From Ginglymostoma cirratum (lineage: Eukaryota), in contig JAHRHZ010000024.1 in the NCBI GenBank assembly GCA_024137785.1, positions 27,130,338 through 27,194,337 on the forward strand: DNA of 64,000 bases. The letters are read 5' to 3'. This document shows positions 13,181 to 27,452 of the stretch, piece after piece; the stretch's first letter is position 1; the number at the start of each line of letters is the position of its first letter. A program made the position numbers and the translations under genes. Under the pieces are notes generated by a model. The model worked only from the letters and a program-made list of their open reading frames with translations. It searched no databases and was not told the origin of the DNA.

Positions 13181-14820
13181 CTACTTGAGCAAAATTGGTC
13201 AGGACTTAGTCATACAGTTTTAGTCAAAAGTAAGATTAGACTAACTTCTGTTTGTGTTGTACAAGTCAGTTATCTCAGTTGTTTAGTGTGTGGATCAGAA
13301 TGATGACAGCAACATAGGTTCAGCTCTCATTATGGCTCGTGTGGATATTGGACCTGACTCTTCATCCTACCCTACAGTGTGGAACAGAAAACCACCACTG
13401 ACAAAAAAATTGCCAAGGGAAATAGTTCAGGTTGAATTGTCAATAGATGATGAGCCAAGGAGTTTGTACCTATAAATGAATGAATTTATGTTGCACTTCT
13501 ATGGGAAGAAAAACTCCAATCTTCTTCACAAAAAGCTGAAATGAAATGATATAGAGATTGCTGTTGCTTCACACCAGTAACTGCAGAAAAAGATCTCAAA
13601 ATTTCACCAGAACAATGACAGTTGTGTTGTATTATGCGAAAGTCACACCACAGCAAGAGGGTAGCAATTGCTGATTAAGGTACAGTGCAACAGAAGCTTG
13701 AGAGGAGGCTCACTCATCCAAGAGTGTGGAGGATGGTCGACACATCATTTGTGGAGTGATCTACCTGAGGGTATGGGTGTTCTGCCAGCAGACACTGAGG
13801 AGTTTGTTGTTTAGTTTTTCTGCCAAGAAGAAAATAAAGCAAGAGCTGGACTATTAGTTTCTTTAACAGGAGGAAAACAGACAATAGGGTAAAAATCATT
13901 ATGGGCACTTCTCTGCAGATAATGCAAACTGGGCAACAGTAAATTTCTTCTGTTTTGGATGATATCGAAGCGAGGATGGAGGTTTTGGAGAGCTAACGCA
14001 GGCAAAGAAACTCATATCACCCGTTCCAAATGTTGAACAATGTAAATTAAACCTATAAGAATGACATTTAGGCAAACTGATGAATATGTACAAATTTTCT
14101 TGCTATCAAAGAGAAAAGGGCCTGCCTAATGGAACAGGCCAAATGTAATTACTTTCCAAATTATTACAAACCCTCTTGCTCTGGGTGTTTTGGCTCTTGA
14201 TTCAAGGTTGAACGATGTCATAAACATAAGGGAGAACACCAAATTGTCTGCGTGTTAAAGAAAATCAAAATCTTCAGCATTGCCACAATTACATACAACT
14301 GGGAATTGTTGAGCTCTAAAGCTGCAGTAAACATTTACTAACCCATTTGAGAAGTGCTGACATTGCTTCACACAAAGCTACTGTTATCAGACCTATTGCT
14401 TGATGCATATGCTGACTACGAGGTAATTGTTTGCCAAAGACCAGTCAATCTCTTTCTGCATGTCATTTTTCTTCCTTCCTCCCTTTTTGCTAATGTTACT
14501 GTTTTTTCATATGTCCCAAAAATTACACACTACGTATCAAGCTAACATTTTCCAAACAATTAAGTGCAAGGTATTGCTGTGTCATTCAGTGACAAGATTT
14601 TAAGAATGTTCACGAATGTTCATTTCAGATGATGACTTTTTAACATTGCACCATATTAGACTATCTGAAAGATCATCAAACATAAACCAGAAAGACTCAA
14701 ACTTTATAGATTGTTACTTTATAATTTTTCAAACCTTTTCTACATTGTAAAATGCTATTATTTTTAATAGTTTTAGTGAACCAGCAATCCTCACTCCAAT
14801 CATAACAGCTATTTTTGTTT

Positions 14821-15167
14821 ATCATAGAATCTGTATGGTGTGGAAGCAGGCCATTCAGCCCATCAAGCCCACATTGACACTTCTCATCCAGGCCCACAAC
14901 CCCCCCAACTCTGTAACCCTGCATTTCCCATGGCTCCTCCACTTACCCTACATATCCCTGGATACTATGGGCAATTTAGCGAAGCCATACCACCTAATCT
15001 GCACATCTTCAGACTGTGGGAGGAAGCCAAAGCACTTGGAGAAAACCCACATAGACACGGGGAGAATATGCAAATTCCACACAGACAGTCACCTGAAAGT
15101 AGAATTGAACTCATGTTCCTGGTACTGTGAGGCAGCAGTACTAACTTCTTAACCACTGTGTCACCCA
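14821..15167 (-). mobile_element. HE1-type shark SINE
   Basis: Full-length reverse-complement match to the HE1 copies at 22101 and 57921. Confidence 0.9.
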
Positions 15168-15384
15168 TGTACTATCGTGTATTGTAGACAGAGATACAGA
15201 TATAAATACTCTTGATTGTGCAAACATTTAGAATTTTTGCTTTGGACCCCATGCATGACAAATATATAGAACACTAACAATCATTGTTACCCAGTACCTA
15301 AATAACTTCCTGCTATTCCCTTCTGCTCCTTTACCATGTCCCACCCCAGAAATATTAGCACAACATGTAGATGATCTGTTAAGT

Positions 15385-15590
15385 CCAAGTTCTAAAGGAG
15401 TGCTGGCACAGTCAGTTATGCTGCCTTCCTGATAAAGTGACAAACTGAGGTTTTGTTGACCATCTCGGCTACTCCTAAAAATTCCCATAATGCCATTTTG
15501 AAAAAGAAAGGGTGACCTCTTTGCAGTGTCCTGCATAATATTAGTCTTTCAATCAACACATTTAAAAAAAACACATGTCTGATCATTAGT
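15385..15590 (+). mobile_element. DeuSINE core fragment
   Basis: aaggagtgctggcacagtc...cccataatgccattttgaa...gtgtcctg...tcaatcaacac resembles the Deu core at 37300-37500. Confidence 0.5.
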
Positions 15591-15689
15591 GAGTAGATGT
15601 TGGGTAAGTTATAATTTCACAGAAGTGGGTTGTGACACAGTTAGGCAAAAAAATCAGAAAATATGCACTTGGAAGGATGTTTTAAATTG

Positions 15690-17085
15690 ATATATCATCA
15701 AAGCCAGCTGAAGTGCATTCAAAAGTCCTGAGTAAGGTCAGAATTGAGATTGTGGAAGAATTGGTCATAATCTTCTGATCCTTCTTAAATTCAAAAGTAT
15801 TACCATGACACTAAAGATATGCAAATGTCACATCTATGTTCAGAAAAAGATAAGTCCAGAAAATATAGGACAGTCAGTTTCACCCTCCTGATGGGAAAGC
15901 ATTTTTCTACGTCGCTTAATTAAAATGAATCAGCATGAACTTGGATAAGTGCAAATCATATTTAATTAACTTGCTTGAGCTTTTCCGATGAGGAAATAGA
16001 GAATGTCAATGAGTGTCGTAGTGTTGATGTGTGTATGTGCACTGCCAAAAGGCATTTGACAAAGTGCCACACACTAAAGTTAGAACCAATAGGATGAAAG
16101 GAATAGTGGCAGCATGGAAATGAATTTGGTTGAGTAACAGGAAATAGAGTAATGGTGAATTATGAAACCGACTGAAGATTTATAGTAGAAGTTTGTGTTA
16201 GGATAAATTGTTTCCTCCCCTGCATTCATGACATACCGTTTGGTGTAAGGGCACAATTTCAAAATTTGCAGATTACATCAAGTCTGGAAATATTATGAAA
16301 TGTGATAAACTCTGAGAGGACTTGGTCTAGTGGAATGAGAAGACAAATGGCAGATGAAATTTAGCACATATAAGTATAAAGGGTTTCAGTTTATAATATA
16401 GATATAAAGGATACGTGCCCAGGAGCAGAGGGACCTTGTGTTACATGTGCACAAATCATTGAAGGTGACAATTTGAGAAAGTAGTTCACAAATAATATGT
16501 GATCCTGAGCCTTATAAATAGGGTCATAGAACACAAAAGCAAAGAGATCATGATAAATCATTAGTTTGACTCAAATGGAGTGTTGTGTCCAATACTGGGC
16601 ACCAAAATTTAAGAAGGATGTGAAGCCATTAGTGAGGATGCAGAAAAGATCCATAATAGTTCCAGGGGTGGGGAACTTCAGATAAAGGAGTAGATTGGAA
16701 AAACTGCACATGTTCTCCTCAGAGATGGGAAGATTCGGAGGACATTATATAGAAATTTTCAAAATCAGAGAATGGGGTTAAGATGATTCTCAGAGATCTA
16801 TAAGGAGTAGGAGGGGAATAACTGTTCTTTATGTGTTGGGTTGAGAGATAGTGGATGTTTACCTTGGATGATTTGCAAAGAAAAAAACAAATTTGACGTG
16901 ATGAAAATATAGTTAATGCAATGAATGGTTTGTATCTGGAAAGCAATGACTGAATATAATTGGATGATATTCTGAAGTGAACACATTTTGGGTAGGATGC
17001 AGGATTGGGTAAGTTGCTCTGGCATAGGCATAAGGTTTATGTGACCTTCTTACATGCTCTAACCATTCAATGATTTTGTGGTTAT
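15690..17085 (+). mobile_element. CR1 LINE ORF2 (RT region to 3' end), heavily decayed
   Basis: Remnants of 'KAFDKVPH' (aaggcatttgacaaagtgccacac, ~16050), 'KFAD', 'WQMKF' and 'CVQYWAP', with many stops and deletions. Confidence 0.85.
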
Positions 17086-19009
17086 CAAATTGGTCTTTGT
17101 AGGAGCTTGTAGTGCATAATTTTCTGTCAAATTTCTTGCTTTGCAGCAGTGAATACAGTTCAAAAGGTATCTCACAAAATGTAAAATGCTTTGGAAGGTC
17201 CCGAGGTGATGAATGACACAATATAGGAATGAGGTTTTTTGATATAATAGGGGTTAATGGCTTGTTCCTGTTCGGCTGCTATATTTTCTGGAGGCATCTA
17301 CTTGGTAACAGCTTGAATTGGACATGAAACTCATGAATCCATGAAAATCTTGGTACACAGACTCGGATACCGTATTGATGGCCTACTGGGCACAGCATGC
17401 AATGTGCTAACTAAAATCTGCTTGGCAAAGGCGAGAAGCATGGAAAAGGAAGTGCCAATAGTTTAGTGGGACCAATAGAAGAAAGAAGAACTCCTCCAGA
17501 TTCCACTAAATTACAGGCAGAAAGGAGGACAATGCAACAGATGTATCTTGTCTACATGCAGCTTGGATGATTGACCTGAGAATCACAATGGTCCAAGGCT
17601 GGAATAAAATCAAAGATCAGAGGAAACTTATAAAATTAGGTATTTTGAAGACATCAAAAATGGTAGCCTAAGAACAAGTACCACAAAAGCAGGACCCTAA
17701 TTTGGATCTGAGAGAAGAAGGACACAGCCAGCTAAGTGACTGAAATCTGGTCAGCTATCCATCACCAGTGTAGGTTATATCTAAGTCTCAATGGTGAATC
17801 AGAGGCAGCTTTGTGTTGTAACCTAACGCAATTTTTTTTTGCAGTAGTGTTAAACTGATTTAGTTATTACTAGCAACAGGGCAGGCTGTAATCATTGTTT
17901 CCACTTGTTTTGATCCAGAGAGGGTAACAAACGATGGACTGAGAGTACTCTTCTTGAAATAATTTAAATAGCTTCTACGTAACAATGCCCTGTTTCAATG
18001 GTAGCCCATTTCCACATACACCTCCTTATAAATGGAGATTTAATATTAAGTAATTCTAATTCAGCCAAATGCCTTCACCCCAACATACTTCTCAAATTCT
18101 GTGACTCTTCAGTTTGATCACTAACTTTTAGTGTAGAATCATGGCAAATATTTTTAGATACCTAAATGTATAACATAAATTGCATTTCTCTCATCCACCA
18201 TGGCACTAATACATCTTTACTTTCATGAAAGCTCTCTCCTGTATGAGGGGTTACCACAAGAGATTACTATGTTATTTCAGGTACCTGTGGTCTACACAGT
18301 TGACATTCAGTTTTAAATTTCAGGTAATTGAGAAATCACATCATATAATTCAGACAAGTCTGAAAATATTGGACTCTGAATATCATAAATAGAAGAGAGA
18401 ACAAAACATCTTTTCATCAATATTGAATGGCATATCTGCCAGGGACATTAAAGGCACCATTGATTCATTTGTCTGGGTAATGCTGACTTGGTGTCTTGCT
18501 GGCTGTTCAGTCTTCCATGCAGTAGCTAGTCCCACAGTTTGAAAGCTGGGACTGCATTCCAATGCATCTGTTTCATCTCTACACTTCCATTACTTAAAAA
18601 TGTTACATCCTTCTGTTTCTGAAGCTAACTTTGAATCATTCTATTGCATACAAATGTGTTTCTCCTTCATACCTGTCACAGTAACATTTATTGCATTCAG
18701 GACTGTGCAATGCACAACCATCATGCATTCAGCTTAAAGTAATTGGATGCATCCACTTATATTCTCCATCCCACTTTATGTCCTTCATGAGGCTGACCAC
18801 AACTGCGCAGTAGGTTTATTCACAGGGCTGAATCCAATCCCAGTGAGGAGCAAGTTCAAACAGCTCTTTAATGGTGCGAAAGTTGGGAGCTCCATAGAGA
18901 TCAACACTGCATCAGTTGCTGATGTGATTGTTGTGGGAAAGTTGATATCTTTGGGCGTCATCTCTCTAGCTGTGATGTTACATTTAAGGACTTTGGCCAA
19001 CTTTCTTGG

Positions 19010-19190
19010 GTATAGAGAAACATTGGAATATCAGAACAGGAGTAGGCCTTTCATCCCCTTGAACCTGCTTTGCCACTTAACAGCATAATATTTGATCTTA
19101 TATCTCAAAACAATTTTCCTTCACTATCCCCTAATATACCTTAATGGCTTTAATATCTGGAAATCTAACAATCTTTGTCATGAACTATTG
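19010..19190 (-). mobile_element. CR1 3'UTR fragment
   Basis: gaacaggagtaggcctttcatccccttgaacctgct resembles the reverse tail at 6030-6090. Confidence 0.55.
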
Positions 19191-19454
19191 TAGCTGAAGA
19201 CAGCTAGTTGCTTAAACAAGCTAAGTATTCCACTTCAGTTCGCTGCCTAGCTATAGCCTGCCACATCTTTCAGTTTCTTAAGTATCAGAGGTAATGGAGG
19301 TGAATGTTACTGGAAAAGACATTGAGGAAGAGCAATCAGTTGTATCATTTGAAAGCTTTCAATTATCTGCCAATTTAGATTTCACACTGAGTGATTCTAG
19401 AAAGAGATGGGAGCTATGCCAAGTGAACTCCTGGCTTATTTATGTGCACCCACA

Positions 19455-20320
19455 AGATGGGGACATCTTTGTCAATTTATTGTCCTAATTGCCCTCGAGA
19501 AGTTGGTGGTGAATTGCTTTCCAAAATGGCTGCAGTTCTGTGGTGTGTGCACACTCACAGCAGTGCTAGAGAGTGCCAGGTCTTTGACCCAGCAACTTGA
19601 ATGATATCAAAGTGATGATTGACTTGGAGGGAAATTTAGAAGTGTCTTATTTAAATGTATTAGTTTCCCTACTCCTTCTAGGTGAGTTTAGAAGATGCTA
19701 TCCAATTGTAACAGTGCATTTTGTAGATGCCAGACTTGGAAGTTACACTGTGCCGGTGCTGGATGGTGTGAATATTTAACCTGGTAGATGAGGTGCTGAT
19801 CAAGCCAACTATTTTGTCCTGGATGATGTTGAGCTTCTTGAGTTTTGGAGCTCCACACATGGAGGAACACCATGCTTATTGCACCACTTCCTGCCTTGCA
19901 AATTAGAAATGATGTAAAGACTTTGGAGAGTCAGGAAATGAATTACTCACTGCAGAGTTCCCAGTATCTAACCTGTCCTATTGATCTAGCTTGTCCAGTT
20001 AAGTTTCTAGTTATTAGTAATGCTCAAGAACTTTATGGTGGGGGGATTCAGTGATGGCAATGCAGTTGGACATATGGGAAAGTTTAAGCTTCCTATTAGA
20101 GATGATCACTTCCTTGCATTTTTGTAAAGAGAATATTACTTGCTATTTATCAACCCTTGTCAGGTCTTGCAGTGTACAAGAAAGGACTCTTTCATTATGT
20201 GAACAGCTGTGCATGGTACAAAACCCTACTCAATCATCAGCAAACATTCTCAAAACCTCACTTCTGACAATGGATTGAAGACCATTGACGAAGCAGTTGA
20301 AGATGATTGAGTTGGATTTT
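19455..20320 (-). mobile_element. LINE (CR1/L2 group) 3' portion
   Basis: Minus ORF GAPKLKKLNIIQDKIVGLISTSSTRLNIHTIQHRHSV..IYKMHC resembles the ORF2 C-terminus of an abundant shark LINE; its tail is shared with the second SINE family. Confidence 0.75.
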
Positions 20321-22100
20321 GCTGGAGTCAATGATTGTTCTCAAGAACAGGATGGGACTAGGACCATGCAAATGCTCAAAAAGTTAAGCAAATTGTAACT
20401 GGATAATTATATCTCCCTACTTGGCGTTGGCAGGAAGCCAGTTAGGGCGGTGAATAGGACAATCAGTCTCTACTGTGGAAATAGATTGAAATTTTTCCCT
20501 CTGCAAGTTTTTGACTGACACAAATATTAAGCTGGTGATTGAATTGTGGACCAAAAACACAACTATAATCCAAATGCAACTGGCCCTTAGTCTGATAAGT
20601 TATATTAAATGTCAATAAATATATTGTTGTGTATATTCATGTGGCTAATGTAAAGTGAAAACTCTACAACATAGAGCTCTAAATTGAAGTCTGTTGATCA
20701 AGTAAGGCGCTGAGTGCATGATTATAAAGGTTCATGATCAGTGCTGTGAGAGTATAATGAAGAATAAATTATCAGGATGAATTACTAGGACCATCCAATG
20801 TAAATTAAGCACAATACATGTATAAGACTTTGCAATATCTAAAGTATTATGTCCCAAATATGGTTCCTTCATAAGGTAGTTAATACAAACTCCTATAAAA
20901 CGTACCAACAGCCATGAGAATGCTACCTAGCTTTAATTCCTATTATGATAAGCTGAAAGAACCATGATTTCTCCTGTAGAAAGAGGCATGGGGAAATTTA
21001 ATCAAAACTAAATTTTAAAAAAACTTATGATATATAAAATTGATGCTGCTAATGATACCTGTTCAATTTATAACATTATGCAGTATCTGCATTAAATTAA
21101 TAACAATAGAGGATCGATGGAAGACACTCATGAGTTAACATTTGAGATATTTGCACTTGATATGGCGTCCTGTACTTTCTTTAATATTTGCTTTACAAAG
21201 GATTTTTGAACTAGGGCAGGAAGATGCAAATATTTCTGCTCATGTATTTTTAAAGGCACAAACAGAAATTTTGCAAGCAAAACCGAAATGCTCTATTAAG
21301 CTAAGAGCCCGTGCAGACCAATGGAAGCCAGTGAACTAATTAAAGCACATGATCAAAAAAGTGTTCAGTCTAATTAAATATAAATCCTTTGGCAATGTCC
21401 ACTGCCGACAACAAGGAATCACAACATAATGCCAGAGAGGAGAAATGGGAGAATGTGCCTAAATAGGCAAATCATTTATACTCCTATTAAATCTTAAATA
21501 TAACAACAGCATTCTCATGTCACTTAGCATTTTAATGATAGCCATGTCACCTAATCCATCTGCCCATCTTTAGCAACTGGAGTAATCCTAAAGTCAAATT
21601 CTAATCAGTATAGTTTTTTAGCTTGAAATCCCAGTTTGGTGACAAATTAGGAAGGAAGCAACTGACCTTGCTCGTGACAAGGTAATATATTCATCAAAAA
21701 TGATTATCCATGAGTAATTTTCTCTGAAACTTCATCAGTATTTATTTTGATGATAAGATCCTTTTCCATGTTATGGAACTGATGTCTGTTCACAATCAAA
21801 GGGGATCTTATTCTGTGTCTCCATGGACATTGCTTTTAATGTGTGGCTTTGTTGTGTCAGATCAATGCTGACACCAACATAAAGGAGGCTTTACTAGCTG
21901 CACTCAAAAAGTAGGGCATTTGGCTTCATTCCATAAAGATTTTGTGACCATGATATTCTTGTATGTCTTGCACACTGGAGCAGGAATCACTGTTAATGGT
22001 ATGTTAATTATCTTATTAAGATACATGGACAAAGGGCCTTGTTTAATTGATTGTTTGGAGTATTCATAAAGATATAAGTATTTATAAAAATTTATATAGA

Positions 22101-22407
22101 GTGGCATGGTGGCTCAGTGGTTAGCACTGCTGCCTCACAGCACGAGGGACCCAGGTTCAGTTCCACCCTCGGGCAACTGTCTGTGTGGAGTTTGCATATT
22201 CTCCTGTGTCTGTGTGGGTTTCCTCCAGGTGCTCCAGTTTCCTCCCACAGTCCAAAGATGTGCAGGCTCAGTGGATTAGCCATGCTAAATTGTCTGTAGT
22301 GTTCAGGGATGCCTAGATTAGGGGGATGGATCTGGCTGGGATGCTCTGAAGGTTGGTGTGTAATTGTTGGGGCAAAGGGCCTGTTTCCACACTGTATGGA
22401 TTCTATG
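22101..22407 (+). mobile_element. HE1-type shark SINE
   Basis: gtggcatggtggctcagtggttagcactgctgcctcacag...gggcctgtttccacactgtatggattctatg. Confidence 0.92.
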
Positions 22408-22512
22408 CTAGAATCTGCAGAGCTACAAAGTTCAGTCAATAGGGAGCAAACATATGTAATGTCACATTCTTGAATAAACCTAATATCAAGAAAATTACTT
22501 GTGTTTAGCTTT

Positions 22513-22735
22513 TGAAATAACTGCATCAAGGCCGATATCACATCATCTAGTCACTCTTTATTTACTTGTGCATGATACACTGGCTGTGGCCAGCCAGCTC
22601 AGAGTCAGTCCCTGAAATGAGGAGATTCTGCATCTCCTGTTTATGTCTATTGCCCATAGCTCCCTGATTGGCCCAGGTTAACAACTCTGATCAATGACCG
22701 CATAGTCAATGGATCCACCTGGTTCCAATCACTAA
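22513..22735 (-). mobile_element. Short solo LTR (family of 2292-2509)
   Basis: Starts tgaaataactgcatcaaggcc (cf. tgaaatagctccatgaaggcc) and ends gttccaatcacta; flanks GCTTT/GTTTC are only an imperfect TSD. Confidence 0.7.
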
Positions 22736-22929
22736 GTTTCATATCTCACCAACTGGGTTGGAATTGAGACTACAATTACACCACAATATTCCATTCATGT
22801 TGGCAATGGTTAGTTAACATGATGTTCCAATGTTTCCTCAGGCTTTACGTCATTAGAATGATGCAAGGTTAACAAATGATTAAATTATAAGGATAGATTC
22901 CACTGGCTAGCCTTGCATTCCTTCAAATA

Positions 22930-23240
22930 TATGATTAAGGGGTAGGCCAATTGAAATATTTAAGTCACTTGAAGGAGTTGGTAAGTAGAGAGAGAATTTC
23001 ATATGGTGCAAGAGACCAGAACATGAGAGCATAAGCTTAAAATTTATCTAGGCTGTTTAGCAGGAAGACATTTATACAAAAATTGGTGGAAATCTCAAAC
23101 TCTCTCGCTCAAAAATCTGTTGAGACTGGAGGTGTATTGAAAGTTTCAAAACTGAGACTCTTAGAATATTGTAAAGTGAAGGGTACTAAAGGTCACAGAG
23201 CCAAGGCTGGTAGATAGGGTCAAGATGCTGATAAGCCGGA
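22930..23240 (+). mobile_element. CR1 3' fragment, decayed
   Basis: gagaccagaacatgagagcataagcttaaaatt resembles the 'TRGH.LKI' coding stretch of the CR1 ORF2 C-terminus. Confidence 0.55.
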
Positions 23241-24339
23241 AAGGAGCCAAATCCATAAAGCATTGTGGCTTTAAAAAAACAAGGATAGAAATGGTAGCCA
23301 AGCATTTCCTGAAATTTATTGTCACTGCTATGTATTTGAAGTTTGTTCCTTCTATTATTTACGCAAAAAGATCAGTAGAGGTGAAAGATAATGCTAATGT
23401 TTCTTACATATATTACCCATGTCAAATAATGTGTATATTGCAGATGGATGTGGAACTACAAGGCAAAGCACAGATGAGAAGCACCAGAGTGAACCATATT
23501 TTGACTGATCTCAGTGTTATGTTGCATTAATGCCAATTTTCTAAGTGTAGACAAGGGTAAACTAAATATAATTAATCACAACAATATGCAACCAACGTAT
23601 CAAGCACTATGTTACACGGGGATATTGCTCCTTTTTTTAATTGTCCACATCCTCCTAAGAAAGACAGTTTGTCTGCTGGCCTCTTCATTGAGGACACTAA
23701 AATATGTGCTCATAAATAAAATGGATTAGTTCTACAATATCACAGAAAGTAACCTTGACTTTGTAGTGTTTGAAATGATGTATTACTATAAATCTAAGCT
23801 AAAGACAACATCAGTCTGTCTTTTGCTTCCTGAATGACCTCATCAGAAACATTTGAATAACACAGCCTTATGTATGAACCTTGAAATTTATAGGTGCTGT
23901 ACTCATATTTCAATTGCAAAATTTCAGCCTTTTAGTCTAATTATTACAATGGTATTCATGCATTCATTAAGCATCAGAAATGCATCACTCCTATATTAGA
24001 TTGGGCAACATTCAGGAGTGAATTTTAAGTTCAGAAATTGGCGATATTGCTTCTTCATAAAATCCATAATGTCAGATTGCCAACCTAATGCTATAATTGT
24101 AGCTCTCCGACAATATGGAATTTGACTGGGAGCCAAGTTTGCAGCAGTCTGCAACTTTAGAAAATTAATTGATAAGGTACTAAGCTTGTTAAAAACTACA
24201 TTTAACTGCAATTTTACATTGTCCACAGGATTTTTCAGGCGTTGGCCTTACAAGGACTTGGGAGTGTTTTCCAGCAGCCATGACAAGATGGCACAAGAAT
24301 GGCAGACAAGGCCAGGAGATCATAGTTGGATGCCCTGAA

Positions 24340-24540
24340 CATAGAATCCCTACAGAGCAGATAGAGGCCATTTAAGTCTACACCAACCCTCCAACGAGCA
24401 TCCCACCCAGACCCACGCTACCCCATAATTAGTGTGATTAATCCACCTCACCCTATGCGACCCTGGAGACTCCGGGGCAATTTAGCATGGCCAATTAACC
24501 TAACCTGCACATCTTTGGACTGTGAAAGGAAACCCTGGAG
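24340..24540 (-). mobile_element. HE1-type SINE 3' half
   Basis: catagaatccctacag...gggcaatttagcatggccaat...ctgcacatctttggactgtg. Confidence 0.85.
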
Positions 24541-24847
24541 AGTATTGCAGACCAAGCATCCTCCCCACAACTCATGGCATTAAGAAACCCACACTTTCCA
24601 AAACACTAAGAGTCTTGACATTTTTCAGAACATCCTGCACTAAATCTCCTTATAACTTGGTTAATTTTAGTGCTATTGCACTCCATATTCCTAGAGACCT
24701 GTATTCTAAAAGCTGTATCCATATCAGCATGCATCATAATAATATTTCAGACTTAGTGTATAGATGTATCTTCATGCTTTTCTGTATGTTAGTTCAAAAA
24801 ACCCATGTCAGATGATCAATTTCTTGTTGAGACAGATCTCTGTATTT

Positions 24848-25174
24848 ATAGAATCCCTGCAGTGGAGAAGCATGCTATTCAGCCTATCAAGTACACACTG
24901 ATCTTCTGAAGATACTCCATCCAATCCCCGTAATCCTGCATTATCCATAGCTAATTCAACTAGCCTGCACATCCCCAAGAACTATGAGCAATTTAGCATG
25001 ACCAATCCATCTCATCAACACATGTTTAGACTGTAGGAGGAAACTAGAGCTAGAGGAAACCCAAGGAGACACAGGGAGAGCGTGCAAACTCCTCACACAC
25101 AGTTGCCTAAGGGTGAATTGACCTGGATCCCTGGCACTGCGAGGCAGTAGTGCTAACCACCGAGCCACTATGCC
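24848..25174 (-). mobile_element. HE1-type shark SINE
   Basis: Reverse-complement HE1 pattern ending gtgctaaccaccgagccactatgcc. Confidence 0.88.
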
Positions 25175-25459
25175 TTTTTGATGATTATTAGAATAATAAC
25201 TACAGGGCTATAATATCACAGTCTGCACTTCTGCAGTTATGATGTGACTGTACATTTCATACACATAGCAGCCTGACATACACAATACACTGACTCCAGG
25301 ACACATAAAGAATGATTGAAGGTGAAGAACCTTCACTTTAATTTTGGAATAACATATGCTGTGATGTCATGCAATTGCCTTAAAATTCAAACCTGTCTGA
25401 TCAGCAGTTTTTGTCATATTACAACATCCTTCTTTTGCTAAGCCCCATTGTGAAATATT

Positions 25460-25830
25460 TCAGTAGGTGACTGAAAGCTTGCTCCAAGGTATAAGTCTTA
25501 AAGAAAATATTAAAGAAGGAAGAAGATCTGGAGAGGTTTAGCGACAGAAGTCCAGTGCTTGGAATCATGAAAGCTGAAGGCACAGGTACCAATGATAGAT
25601 TGATTGAAATTGGTGTTGCTCAAGAACCTAGAATTGGAGGAGAATAAATAATTTGGAGGTTCTTAGGGCTAAAGGAGTTTAAAGAAATAGGAAGACACAA
25701 GAGAATGGAAGGCTTTAAAAATAAAGATGACAATTTCAGAATTGGGGCATGTTTAACAAATATCCATGTCCATCACCGAACACAAGGCTAATTTGTGAAC
25801 AGGACTTTGTGTGATCTAGGACAGGAGCAG
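25460..25830 (-). mobile_element. L2-like LINE 3' fragment
   Basis: Reverse-complement similarity to the + strand fragment at 46157-46420; purine-rich decayed ORF2 end. Confidence 0.45.
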
Positions 25831-27452
25831 CAGAGGTTTCTTATTAAATCACAGGTTCATAAATTTTGCATTACTTTTAAAACATTTTTCTCTGTTATTT
25901 TTGCATTGCCAATCTATATCATATCATTGAAGCTCTCTGGATTGTTAGCCCAGTTTGAACATTGCTGCTGTTAGACACAATATTATTCCACGGTGCAGAT
26001 CCCAAACACAATTGAGTTCTACCATCTCGCATGAACTCACTAAGGAAGCAGATGGAGATAAAAATCCAAAGTACTACTGGGATGAATATGTCCTTAGTAA
26101 ATATGTTCTATTTGCAAATGAAATATTTAATACCAGGGCTGGGAGAGAAGCAGCAGACTGCACTTTAAGCTCTGGGACTATAAATTCAGCCAAGAGTGAT
26201 AGAAGTAAAGGCTTCTCTCACCATTTGTTGTAAATGTACTGTGTAGGATGAATTTAGGCAGTCCCCATCTTGGTTGATAGTGAGCACTGTCCCACAGCAC
26301 AAATCTGTTCATAATTCATTTCAAAGTTTACAGAGCCAAGCAGCATGGAAAGAGGATATTGGGACCATTGCAGCAGTGCTGGCAGTATGAAAGAGCTAGC
26401 CAATTACTATTACTGTCACTCTTCTTTCCCTGTAGTTTTGTGGATGTAAGTGTTTTTTGTTTTGAAAACTGCAGGTGAATTTGCTTTCACCACCCTTTCA
26501 GACAATGTATTCCAAATTGCAACAGCTCCCTGCACAAAAAAAATCACCACATCCCCCTCCCCCGGTTATTTTTTTCTTTCAAATAACCTACAGGAATAGA
26601 TAATGTGGGAAGTGGAATAAATTGCAGTGATGGAGTAAGGGAGTTGTTCTTAGGCTGTGTGCTGTTTAGATGCATGTTGGAGTAAAAGGAGACATTCTAT
26701 ATGCCTAACCCATGCTTCATCTAATCAGGGAATGTTGAACTCTGTACAAAGGGAAAAAGATCCATTCCACTGGCATGAATAAGAAGATAGCTAGGAAAAG
26801 AAAATACAAACTCAGTGTCATGGAGTCATAACAGAATAGAAATCTGTTCAATCATCCAGTCTGTCCCATTCCCTCCATTCTGTCCCTGTTCAAAGGAGCA
26901 AGAGAGTCAAATGTGTTGTATAAGGTTATGGTGCTAAAAAAAAAGCTGTTGAAGCTGCATTAGCACCACCTAATCTGTTGATGTCACACAGTCTTTGAGT
27001 GGAGGTGGAAGAAATGTATAACTCTGAAGACTCCTCAGTAATTATGCCTAACCAGTAATGTGGACAGTACTAATTACTAACGTGGAATAAACCATCTTGC
27101 TAACAAAGACAATTGCTTTTTCTGTTTTGAGTCAGCGGTGACCTGTCCTCTACCACTGATAATTATATGGGGCTGAAAGACAATATAGACAATAGCCAAT
27201 TAATGACAAAGAAGTACCTCAAACAACCCTTACCATGTGCCACAGTACTGGCAGAAGTATCACGAGATGTCACCAATGACAATCAAGGCAAATATAACTG
27301 ACGCTTGCTTGAGAAACTATATCTGCAAAGGAAAAACTAATCAGTTTGGAAAGTCAATAATTGTATGCAACATGAAAACTGGTGAATATATGTGAGCATT
27401 GATCACGGGAAGTAGAACAGTTGAAAGAGGACTTCAAGTTGCTAAATAATAA

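Noticed and set aside
18747-19088. 113-aa ORF with a hydrophobic stretch and an overlapping minus ORF
   Set aside because: No recognisable domain or convincing splice sites, and its 3' end runs into a CR1 tail
22101-22175. tRNA-like sequence with A and B boxes
   Set aside because: It is the tRNA-derived head of a SINE, continuous with the SINE body, not a tRNA gene
22092-22541. 149-aa ORF and similar ORFs at 14835-15168 and 57895-58255
   Set aside because: Recurrent chance translations of the HE1 SINE
25955-26233. 92-aa ORF in unique-looking sequence
   Set aside because: Non-ATG start, no domain resemblance, length within chance expectation
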